Shown here: positions 40,364-52,000 of the stretch, one piece after another
Layout: every line of letters begins with the position of its first letter
How positions within the stretch are numbered: the stretch's first letter is position 1
Source: Gracilinanus agilis
Taxonomy: Eukaryota
Length of the DNA stretch: 64,000 bases
Direction of reading: 5' to 3'
NCBI RefSeq assembly: GCF_016433145.1
Contig: NC_058132.1
Location: 8,191,210-8,255,209, forward strand
Notes under the pieces: generated by a model
What the model was told of the DNA's origin: nothing
What the model saw: only the letters and a program-made list of their open reading frames with translations
Databases searched by the model: none
Made by a program: the position numbers and the translations under genes

Positions 40364-43300
40364 ATGGAGGAGGCTGGCTACCGGGTAAGAGGTGATGGAG
40401 AACCTAAGAGGTCTCTGGCACTACCCTTCCCCCCTTTTTGAAACTTGAGTCCTGCCCTTTTCTGCTCTTCTCTGGGTAATCCCACCCGGCCCCTGATCTC
40501 AACGCATGCGCCTTCCCTGGGCCCGAACCCTAAGTAAAAATTGCGTTCGCGTCTCTCGTTTTTCCGCGCATGCTCCCCCCACCCAGATACCGCCCTCATG
40601 GCAGTGCGCATGCGAGCCTTTCGCCCTGGGGCGCCTGCCTCCCCCTCTCCCCAGACTTCTCTTGAGTCCCACCCCCGCTCGTAGGTGGTGTTCGAAAAGG
40701 GCGGCGTGTTCCTGCACACGAGCGCCAGGGGGCGGCACCAGGACCCGGGTTCTCTCATCGCCGGCGTACTGCGCCTGCTCGAGAAGGTGAGGCTGGGCAG
40801 GCGGGCGGGGCCCGGGGGCGGGGCCCTCTAGCGTAACCCACGTGGGAGGGGCAGGGTGGAGTCAGCCTCCGGCATTTGTCTTCTTGCCCTTCCCCCACCC
40901 AGGACAATGACGTCATCCTGCATTGGGCCCCCCTGGAAGAGGCCGGAGACTCCTCCCACGTGGTGTTCTCCAGGAAGGTGGGTGCCCGCCCCCCCCTCAC
41001 CCCCCCGTAGCCTCTGGGTCCCCCTCCTCTGGCGTGATTCGGAGGTCCCGGAGTATACTGAGTTTCTCTGACACATTGAGGCTCTGTTCCTCCTTGTATA
41101 TTCAGGCCCTCCCCTCCCCAGTGAGCAGGGACCCCCGCGTATTTAGGCTTTCTCCTACTCCAGGATAAATCCACGCTCCGTGTCTCCCAGTGTTTATTCC
41201 GCGGTCCTCTCCTCTGGCCCGGAGATGCTCAGGCTTTCAGCACCCCCCCCAGGGCTTTCTGGGGGCTCCCATGTATTCAGGAGGGCCCCCTTTCCTCGTG
41301 CTGGCTCAGCGGGCATCGTTCCCCACAGGCTCAGGAGCAGATTCGGGTTCACATTCGGTGCCCTCTTGATGTTTGAGGCTGCGGCTTCACATTCACCCTC
41401 TGCCCGGTGCTCCCTGCCAGAGGCTCCAGGGCAGACACGGAGTCCTGTGGCTTCATTGTCCCTTTTCACCTCAGGAGCCTGGTGGGGGAGACCCCTGCCC
41501 TTCGGAGGAGGAGCCAACCTTTGACCCCGGCTACGAGCCAGATTGGGCTGTGATCAGCACTGTGCGCTCCCGGCCCCGGCCCCCGGAGCCTGCCCCAGGT
41601 ATGTAGCCAACCAGCCCCAGAGTGGGGCTGGCCAGGACGTGGGCCGGGACGTGGGCAAGGACGTGGGGACGGTTAGAGAGGAGGCCGCCCGGTAGGGGAG
41701 CATCCCTGGCCTGGGTGAGGATTGAGCTGGGCCTAGGAGGCAGGGCAATGGCATACGGAGGGGTAAACATTTCCTGAGGAAGTTGGAGAGGACGGCGGGG
41801 GTAGGATGGGGCAGGGCGGGTTTCTGAACCCCGGAGCTGGCATCACGGTGGGTGCCGGGGGTGGAGTGGAGGAAGGCCCGAGAGAAGAGGGGGGTCTTAG
41901 GATGATAACCTTAAAGCGAAGGAGGCTGGGGGAGCTCCGCAGTGACAAGGGTGACCCCACATGGTGGGTTTGAATCAGGTGGGCCAGGGCTGAGTGGGAG
42001 CTCCAGCCTGAGCAGTTGGGCATCTTTGGCCATCTGGAAGGAGGTCCTTTCAGGAGACGGGCAGGGCACAGGCCGGCATGCAGAAGTTTGGAGGGCCTGG
42101 GTGATGAGGAATAGAGGTGGCACTTTTTAGGAATCCCCCTTTTCAGATTGAGGAGAGAGGGTTGGAGCCCCAAGAAGCATCCTGGGAGGAAGAAGAGCAG
42201 GTGAGAACTGGGCACGTCCCCCTGCCCCAGCAGGCTCTCTCGATCCTTCTCTCTAGCTGCAGGGGCAGGCAGCTCCCGGGGCCCCTGGGCCTTCTCCGTG
42301 AGCCTGGGGGAGCTGAAGTCGATTCGGCGCTCCAAGCCGGGCCTGGGCTGGGCCTACCTGGTGCTGGTGACCCAGTCGGGTGGCTCCCTGCCGGCTCTCC
42401 ACTTCCATCGAGGGGGTACCCGGGCCTTGCTGAGGGTCCTCAGCCGATACCTGCTGCTGGCCAGGTGAGTATCAGCCGGGTTGCCCCTGGGCCACGCCTT
42501 GCCCTGCTTCCCTCATTGTTCACGTCCTCTTTTCCTTCTCGGCCTCTGCCTCGGCGACGCTCGGCCTCAGCTCCCCCCAGGACTCTCGGCTCTACCTCGT
42601 CTTCCCTCACGACTCCTCCGCCCTCTGCAACTCCTTCCATCACCTCCAGCTCTTTGATGATGACAGTTCCAACTTGGTGTCTGTGAGTCTGGGCTGGAGG
42701 AGGGCCCAAGGCCCGGGCCAAACAGGGAGGGAAGAGGAGGAGGAGAGGAGGGGGCCGGGGCATGACCTTCTCTCTTCTGCCCCCTCCTCAGCGTTTCCTC
42801 CAGGACCCCTATGCAGCCACCTTTGGTGGTTTCTCGCGGGTGACCAACTTTTTTCGAGGAGCCCTTCAGCCTCCCCATGACGGGCCTCCACCTGGCCGCC
42901 CAGAGGTCCCTGATGACGAGGAGCCGGAGCCCGGCTTTGAGGTCATCTCCTGTGTGAGTGCCTGGGAGGTGGGGAGAGACGGTCTCTGCGGGCCAGGTGG
43001 GTGGGCTGCCCGGGTGAGCTGCCGCTGCAAATCGTCTTCTCTCCCACGTGGGGCCAGCGCAGGTGGAGCTGGGGCCTCGGCCAGTGGTTTCCCGGGGGCA
43101 GCCTGTGACAGAGGATGTGTGGGCCGGACACGTGGGTCCTGATGGGCAGCTTCAAGACGTTGAGGGACTCAAGGCTCAGATCTTCTCAGGGGTGAGTGGC
43201 CGGGGCTCCTGGGGGGCTGGGGGAGGGGTGGTGGGAGCCAGGAGGGTTTGGTGACGGTCACTTCTCCTCTCCTTAGGGCTTGTGCCCGGCCTTGAGGAGA

Positions 43301-44967
43301 GAAGCCTGGAAGTTTCTGCTCGGATATCTCAGCTGGGAGGGCTCGGCCGAGGAGCACAAGGCCCACGTCCGTAGGAAAACGTGAGTGTGGGGGCGTACGG
43401 ACCCCGAGCCCCCCCCAGGAAGAGCCTGGCCCAAGGCCCATGCTCTGGGGGCCCTCGAGGGGCCGCTTGCTTGTGGGGGGGCGGGACTGCCTCTGAGCGA
43501 GTTCCGAGGCCAGCTCCGATCCTCGTTCTCCCCGCTTTGCCGGTGGGTTCAGGGACGAGTATTTCCGCATGAAGCTGCAGTGGAAGTCCGTGAGCCCCGA
43601 GCAGGAGAGGAGGAACTCGCTGCTTCACGGTTACCGCAGCCTCATCGGTCAGTGCTGGGCCGGCCCCCCGGGGAGGGCCGCGGGCTGGGCCGGGCGGCTC
43701 TGGGGCCTGACCCTTCTCTGGCTCTTCTCCCAGAGCGGGACGTGAGCCGCACGGACCGCAGCAACAAGTTCTACGAGGGGCCGGGAAACCCGGGCCTGGG
43801 GCTGCTCAACGACATCCTCCTCACCTACTGCATGTACCACTTCGACCTGGGTGCGTCCAGGGCGAGCTCTGGGGGTTGGGTGGGCCGGGCGTGCGGCCGC
43901 CAGTCTGGGTGACCGTCGGGCTCGTCCGCACTTCCAGGTTACGTTCAGGGCATGAGCGACCTGCTGTCCCCCATCCTGTACGTCACTCAGAACGAGGTGG
44001 ACGCCTTCTGGTGTTTCTGCGGCTTCATGGAGCTCGTGGTGAGAGGGGCGCCGGGGCTCGGGGGGGCTCGGGGGGCTCCGGGGAGGCCTCGCCAGCTTCA
44101 GCCGCCTCTTTCTGCCTCCAGCACGGGAACTTCGAAGAGAGTCAGGAGACGATGAAGCGCCAGCTCGGGCAGCTGCTGCTGCTGCTGCGGGTTCTGGACC
44201 CCCCCCTCTGCGACTTCCTCGGTAATCGCGGGCTGAGGACGGTGCCTCGGGCGCCGGAGGAGGCCCCGCGTGTGCGGCGGAGCGTCGCCGTGAGTGCGGC
44301 CTCGGCCGTCCCGGGCCCTGTGCCGTGCCCGAGGCTCCACGGCTGGCGGGTCTCCCGGGGAGGCGGCGGGCCGGGGATGGGAAGTCACGGCCTTCGCTCC
44401 CTCCGCAGACTCCCAGGACTCGGGCTCCCTGTGCTTCTGTTTCCGCTGGCTGCTCATCTGGTTCAAGCGCGAGTTCCCCTTCCCCGACGTCCTGCGGCTG
44501 TGGGAGGTGAGTGGAGGCCGGCCGGGGGGGCGGGGGGGCGGAGAGGGGGCCCCCGCTGAGGCCTCTCTGCGCCCCCAGGTGCTGTGGACCGGGCTGCCCG
44601 GCCCCAACATGCATCTGCTGGTGGCCTGCGCCATCCTGGACATGGAGAGGGACGCCCTCATGCTGTCCGGCTTCGGCTCCAACGAGATCCTCAAAGTGAG
44701 CAGCGGGAGCGGCGCCGCCCTCGGCCTCCGCCTGGCCCTCCGGCCGGCCCGCTCACAGCCTCTCCGTGTCTCCTCAGCACATCAACGAGCTCACCATGAA
44801 GCTCAGCGTGGAGGACGTGCTGACGCGCGCGCAGGCGCTCTACACGCAGCTGGCGGCCTGTCCGGTGAGACCCAGCCCCGAGCCCCGTCCTTGCCCCGCC
44901 TCACGGACCCCCCCCTCACTCTGGCCTCTGCCTCTTCCCCCAGGAGCTGCCCCCCAACGTGCAGGAG
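40364..44967 (+). CDS. TBC1D17: TBC1 domain family member 17 (Rab GAP); last exon truncated by gap
   Basis: Exons 40364-40384, 40685-40786, 40903-40977, 41475-41598, 42257-42464, 42571-42682, 42792-42953, 43063-43191, 43277-43380, 43553-43647, 43734-43850, 43938-44038, 44122-44221, 44409-44506, 44579-44695, 44778-44864, 44944-gap. MEEAGYRVVFEKGGVFLH...; catalytic IERDVSRT and YVQGMSDL motifs present. Confidence 0.96.
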
Positions 44968-45467
44968 NNNNNNNNNNNNNNNNNNNNNNNNNNNNNNNNN
45001 NNNNNNNNNNNNNNNNNNNNNNNNNNNNNNNNNNNNNNNNNNNNNNNNNNNNNNNNNNNNNNNNNNNNNNNNNNNNNNNNNNNNNNNNNNNNNNNNNNNN
45101 NNNNNNNNNNNNNNNNNNNNNNNNNNNNNNNNNNNNNNNNNNNNNNNNNNNNNNNNNNNNNNNNNNNNNNNNNNNNNNNNNNNNNNNNNNNNNNNNNNNN
45201 NNNNNNNNNNNNNNNNNNNNNNNNNNNNNNNNNNNNNNNNNNNNNNNNNNNNNNNNNNNNNNNNNNNNNNNNNNNNNNNNNNNNNNNNNNNNNNNNNNNN
45301 NNNNNNNNNNNNNNNNNNNNNNNNNNNNNNNNNNNNNNNNNNNNNNNNNNNNNNNNNNNNNNNNNNNNNNNNNNNNNNNNNNNNNNNNNNNNNNNNNNNN
45401 NNNNNNNNNNNNNNNNNNNNNNNNNNNNNNNNNNNNNNNNNNNNNNNNNNNNNNNNNNNNNNNNNNN
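44968..45467. other. Assembly gap (exactly 500 N, placeholder size)
   Basis: Round 500-N run that hides the TBC1D17 stop codon, 3'UTR and polyA signal. Confidence 0.95.
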
Positions 45468-46034
45468 TCCCCAAACGGCTTCGGGTCTCAGGGACTCCCC
45501 CGCAGTAACCGCGGGCATTTAGCCCCCAGCACGTGCGCCCTCATTTCGTCCTCGCAGCCACCCTGCGAGGTAGATGAGGAAACTGAGGCAGGCGGCGGGC
45601 TGGGCAGGGGTCTGAAGTGGAGGCCTCTGGACTCTGCTCCAGCCGCTCAAGCGGCATCCCTTCCGAGGCCCCGGGATTCCAGGAGGGGGAAGGGGGCAGA
45701 AGGGCCCGAGGAGACGGGAGGGGCCCGGGGACCAGCGGCCCGCGCCCAGGGCTCTCCCCCTCCACTCCGCCCCTGCACAGTTCAGAGATGCCCAGCCCCG
45801 GCCTCTCCCCAGAGGTGCCTAGGGGCGGGGCATGGCGTGGGTAGCAGCTAGAGGAACCGGCTGAGCCCTACCCCACCCGCCTGGATTCAAGCATTAGCGG
45901 GCAGCCAGGAGACAGGGAGGACTCGTGCTCTGGGACCTCGTGGGGGATCGCAGCAGAGCCCAAGCGCCCGGCATCCGCTGGCATCCTCTGTCCTCCCTCG
46001 GCCAAGCCCGTCCCTTCCAGCCGGGCCCTCCACC

Positions 46035-49000
46035 ATGGAAGGAACTGTGCAGTCCCAGATTTCTACTCTCTACGGGCCTCGCCACAACGAAGAAGTGCTC
46101 ACGGAGCTGAGGTGAGAGCTGGCAGGCTGGCCCTCCCCCTGCAGCGCCCCCAGCAGCCCTCGGGCTTCTCTCTGCCCGTCCTCTCCCCCGGCTCCCCCGG
46201 AGGGCCAGGAAGCATCCAGGAGGGGCTTTGTCTGAAGGAGGCAGATCTGGGCCTTCAGGGTCTCCCCTTTCCCCGCCCCTCCGGCCTGCCCTCCACGCTC
46301 CCCTGGGGTCTGGCTAGCACAGCGGAGCAGGAGGAGGCCTTCAGGGATCATCCACTCCCATCCCAAAGGGGGAACCAGGCCTGGGGAGTTCCGATCATCT
46401 CTTCATGGTCATCCCAGAGAGGAGGCAAGTCGAGGAAGGCTCCAGCTGTTCGGCCCTGGCGCTCCGCCTTCTCGGATGCCCCTCCGGGCTCTGGCCACCC
46501 CCAAAAGCTTGGCTGAGCCCCAGTTTCTGCCCCCGGCTCTCCGGGTTTCCCTTCCTCCCCCGATCTCTTCTCCATCACCGATTTCTCTCCTTTCTTCTCC
46601 AAGGCCTGATTCTTTCCCTCCAGACCTTTGCTCCTTCCTCTGAGGGCCGTCTTGCCCAACCTCCTGTTCTACGGGAGAGAGAAAAGTGAGGCCAGGGCAC
46701 CCGGTTAGTAATTAGCGTCCAAAGGAGGATTTGAACCTGGGTGCAGCCATTCCGGGTTCCGTTTCCAGTTATTTTCTGTCGTGTCCAACTCTTTACTGTG
46801 CCATTTGGAGATTTTTCTTGGCAGAGATCCTGGAGTGGTTCGCCGGTTCTTTTTCCAGCTCATTTTACAAATGAGGAAACTGAGGCCTTCAGGGTCACAC
46901 AGCTAGCAGTGGGTCAGAAGCCCAATTTGAATTGATTCCCAGCTCAGTGCTCTAACCACTGCGCCACCCAGCCGCCCTTCTAAGCTCTCTGGGACTCCCC
47001 ATTCTCCTGGGCATCTCCCCGTCCGCCCAGACTCCGTGAGCAGCTTGACCCCGGGGCCCTTTCTTCTTGCCGGCCGCCCGCTCTGCTCTGTCACCCCATC
47101 TTGCTCCAGTCTCTGGCCATCTCTCCCTGACTCTCTGGTTTCCCCCTCCCACCTCCGGGAGCCCCGCTTCCTCTCCTCTTTCTCCGCTTGGTCTCCCCAG
47201 CAGCGCAGCCATCCGCCATGTCTCCGAGGCCTGCTTAGCTCTCCGGCGCGGAGAGTCCGTGATGACGCCCCTTCCTGCCCTCAGAGAGCTTCTACTCTGG
47301 GGCGGAGGAGGGAAAGGAAGCGATGGCCACCACGTGGCCACCACATGTGCCACCCAGGTCATGGGAGGACCAAGAGGCCTTCTCTGACTTCTCCTTATCT
47401 CCCTTTTGGTCTCGGACTTGTTGGGGCGATTCCTTCCTCCCTAACCTTGGAGTCCTGCCCTTCTATCTCTGCTATCTCGGGCTCTTCCCTCCCTCCCATT
47501 ACTCCTGGGCCAATGGTTCCTCTCTTCATTCTCTTAGTGATTCTTCCTTCCTCTCCACCCCCACCTACTCCCATTTCTCCATTCTTTTTTTTTTTTTTTA
47601 ATCCCTCACCTGCCATCTTGGAATTGATGCTGTGTATTGGCTCCAAAGCAGAAGAGTGGTAAGGGTGGGCAATGGGGGTCAAGTGACTTGCCCAGGGTCA
47701 CACAGCTGGGAAGTGTCTGAGGCCAGATTTGAACCCAGGACCTCCCATCTCTAGGCCTGGCTCTCTATCCACTGAGCCACCCAGCTGCCCCCCACCCACC
47801 CATTTCTCTATTCTTGCCGATTCTCTTTTCCCATCTCTTGGGGTTTGGTCCCTTCCTCCCTGACCAGGGCTAGTCCCAGTCCCCTGATACCTCGGGGATC
47901 TCTGACGGCTCCCTTCGTGGCCCCTGGTTCCACCCTCTGTTCTCCTTCTATTGCCCCTCCCTTCAGTTTTCTTATCTCCATTCTCTCCCTGACCTCTGGT
48001 TCCGCTTCCTTCCACTTTTGATCTCTTCTTGGATTCCTCCCTACAATCTCTCCGTAATTAAAAAAAAATTCCGCCTTTAAATTCCTCTGTTAACTTCTGA
48101 CCTTCAGTCAGTCAGTCAGTCAGTCAGTCAGTCAGTCAGTCAGCAAGCCTTGATGAAGCATCTGCTCTGTGCCAGGCTCTGTGTTAAGGCTGGGGATACC
48201 AAGGAAGGGGAAGGACCGTGGTGCCCTCCAGGAGCTGATCCCTCTTCTAAAGCCCCCGAGGCCTCCTTTTGTCCAGGATCTCCCTGGCCAGTCCCTTCAG
48301 TGACCGTAGAGCCAGGGCTCCTCTCTCCACCTCTGCTGCCCTCCAGGAGCCCAACTCACCTTCGAAAACTCTCCCCAAGGCCTGCCCTGCCTGCTAGGAC
48401 TGAAGCGAAGCTTTGGGGCCGGGAGGTGGCTGAGGGGAGAGTCCTTGCTTGAAGGGTTTTTCTCCCAGTTCCCCTTTACACACCCCCATTTATGCACACG
48501 TTTGAGGCCCTACAAGAGTTAGGTAAATGGTTTTAAACAAAATAGGGGGGAACGAGTGCGATGCGCTCGTTTTACGTGGGAGGAAACTGAGGCTGGCCAA
48601 GGAAGAAGGAACTTGTTCCAGGCCGCGTGGCCGGCACGGCGGCCCAGGACAGCTTGTGGATCTCTGCGCTGAGCCCAGACTCCCATCCGGGAGCTCTCGG
48701 GGAGCATCTGCCCGATGCAGGGACGCCCTTCTGTCTTGCCCTCGTCCTCGTCGTCTTGGCTGCCTGCATTTCCCCAAGTTCTTCTGTTTCCCGAGACCCG
48801 GCGGCATTTGGTCTGTCCACGTCCTGAGCCAGAGACCGGAGAGCGCTTTGTGTTTTCCCTGGATTTCAGACAGGGCAGGCGGCCCCTGGGCCAGAAGACC
48901 AGGGGCTGCAGTGCTCTGGAGGTCATGGGGAGCCAAAGCCCGCTCCGGAGTGCTCCCCAGGAGGAGGCCACCTCAGCTTCTTTTGGGCCGGCCCTGGCTC

Positions 49001-52000
49001 GCCAGGCGATGATGTGCCCGTCTACTGACTGGGCTGGAATCGGCTTCTTCTGAGCCTCCCTCACCAAGTCCCGGGTCCGAGCTCAGGACATCATCCCCGT
49101 TAAAGAAGAGTAATCGGCACGTGGCCATGGTTCATCCTTTGTTTTCCAACAGGACCAGGCACATGGCTTGCCAATGGCCCGGATGTTAGTGAGGCCCTTA
49201 GCTCATTTGACCTCCGAGGTAGGGGCTATTCGTATCCCTATTTTACAGATGAGGAAACTGAGGGAAGCCGAGGTGAGTGACCTCCCTGGAGGCGCAGGAG
49301 GGCCCGGGGACGGCGGCTCTCCCCAGATGGCCCCTCTGGCCACACAGACCCACTTAGTCCAGCCTTCTCCGTTGCAGATTAGGAACTGGAGTCCACGCTT
49401 AGTCCTGTAACAGGCAAAAGAGGGAAGGGCCGAGTGCTCCGGCCGATGCCTAAGAAATCGGGACGGGGCCCTTCCTGGCTTGGGGCTGGACCCCGACTCC
49501 CGGGTACTTCCATCCTGTGGAAGCCATCAGGGCAAGGAATCAAGGGCAACGCTGCAACTTTAGCTTCTCTGACGTCTAGTGGGACGAAAGAGGAGGAACA
49601 CGCAAACGAGCCGGGATCGGGCCGGCTCTCGGCCCGGACGGGGCGTGCGGACTCCTCAGGCCGCTCTCGGCCTTTGTGGTGGGCATCCCCCGGCTCCTGC
49701 GTCAGGGCTCGGTTTCCCAGTTGGGTTGGACAGTGGCTGAGATTTCCTCCCGCTTCTCCCCTGGAGTAAGGCTTTGTCACCGTAGAGGTTTTGGCCCGGA
49801 AGGGGAACCGCGCTGGCTCCAGGACGGGGTCCCCAGGGAGAGTCGCCGTGCTTTGTTTAATCCCCCCAATTAGCCGCTCTCGCAGTCCATGGAGACTCGG
49901 GAGGCTGTAAAGGGCCGTCCTCTCCCTCTGAAAGGAGACTTTGGACCGTGCTCCCTGCCAGCATTTCTGTCATCTCCTCCCCTCGCACCCTGACCCACAT
50001 TCACAGAGAGACACCGGTGCTGGGGGCAGACCCAGGAGGAGGGAAGGGCAAGACGGGATCCGGAGGGGGTCCTGCTGCGCCCGGGAGCCCAGCTCCAGCC
50101 TGCCCAGACGGTGCCCAGGACCGAGGCAGCGAGGGAGGAGGGATGGCCCCCCGCATCCCAGTTTCCTTTAATAACCCTTTTTGAAGTTATTTCTGTCCCC
50201 AGACTTTCCTGCCTCTGAGAGGTTACTGGCGTGTGAAGTCAGACTTCAGTTTTGTCCTAAATATTCCTCTTTCAAGCGTTAGGGGCCTGGAGTGGGGGTG
50301 GGGGGCAGGCGCGGAACACCGGACCTTGGGGAACCATCTCCCCCATCCTGTCCTAATTGCCGCACATCTCTGCTGCCATTCTTCCAGCCTGCCAGGCTGG
50401 GAAGTCTCTAAGGGCCTTGTCATTTTGTGTGTGACCGTGGACAAGGTCTCAGGCTTGTTCAGGCCTCAGTTTCCTCCTCTGTCGAATGAGGACCTCGAGG
50501 GGCGGCGGGTAGAGAGCCAGGCCTGGCGACAGGAGGTCTTGGGTTCAAATCTGACCTCAGAGACTGCCTCGCTGGGTGAGGCTGGACAAGTCACCTCACC
50601 CCCACTGCCTAGCCCTTACCGCTCTTCTGCCTTGGCACCGATACACAGGATCGATGCTAAGACAGAAAGTAAAGGTCAAAAAATAAAATAAAATAAAGAG
50701 GCTGAACTCAGATCTGAAAAAAAAAAAAAAACCTTCAAATTCTGACTTGCTGTGTGTCTTTGAGCAAGACCCTTCCCCTCTCTGGGCCTCTGTCCCCCAT
50801 CGAAATGCACCGAGAGGATTCACTCCAGTTTAGTGCAATTCAATAAATCTTTGTTTATCTCGAAGGTCCTTTGGGTCTCTGAGACTTATGAGTCTTCGCT
50901 CTAGGTCTGTTGTCTTAGGGACCCCTTTCTTCCCACCATCCCAGAATTTGGGAGTCGAAGGGGACCTCAGCAGACTCAAGGCCAACCCGTGTCCCAAAGG
51001 ATATCTGAAAAGAGCTGGTCCAGCCTCTGCAAGGGAGGGAAGGCGACTCCACTTTGGGACAGCTCGAACTCTTAGGAAGAAACAGCTGAGGCTTAGTAGC
51101 TGAGCCCTGGGCCTGGAGTCAGGAAGCCTGAGTTCAAATCCAACTTCAGACACTTCCTAAATGGACGACCCTGGACAAGTCACTTAACCTCTCCTTGCCT
51201 GACAAAAGGATCCACTGGAGAAGGAAAGGGCAAACCCCTCCAGGATCCTTGCCAAGGAGAGCTCTCTGGCCCGTGAGATCACGAAGAGTCAGACATGACT
51301 GAATAACAACAATCATTACGAACTTGAGCTTGGATTTTGTCCTTTGCAACCACCATGGTTTGTGGCTTTTGGAGTCAAGTCCAGTCCCTCCAATCCTTCA
51401 AATAATTGAAGGCCTCCATCATGTCGCCCAGCCCTCCCAGTCTAATTTTCTCCAGACTAAACGTGTCCAGTTCCTTCAACAGTTCCCCATAAGACAAAGG
51501 CTTGAGGGTCTTCCCTGTCCTGGCCTTCCCTCCTCTGGACACTCCTCAATGTCCTTCTTCAACCACAGCACCGAGAACTGACCATAATCCTCCAAATGAG
51601 GTCTGACAAGGACAGTGCAATGAGACCCTTCCCCCCTTAGTCCTGGAAGCTTTAGCCCTTTTAATGCAGCACAAGATCACTTTAGCTTTTTTTGGCCACC
51701 ATATTGCATTGAGCTTGTGGTCCATTCAAAACCCTTGATCTCTTTCAGAACATTTTATTCCTGTGAAATTGATTTCTTGGTCCCCATGCACAAGTCTTTA
51801 TATTTATCCCTACTGATTTTCTCTGTTTGTTGGAACTCCTCTTTTTTTTAAATTAGCAAGAATTTCCTTTATCTCCTTCCCTTCAAAACATGAAAAGAAA
51901 GAAACACAAAATGTTTGTGATCAATCGACACTCGAGCTAAACAAAACCACACATCGGTCATGTTGGAAAATGTGTATCTCCTCTCTGCCTTATCACTTTT

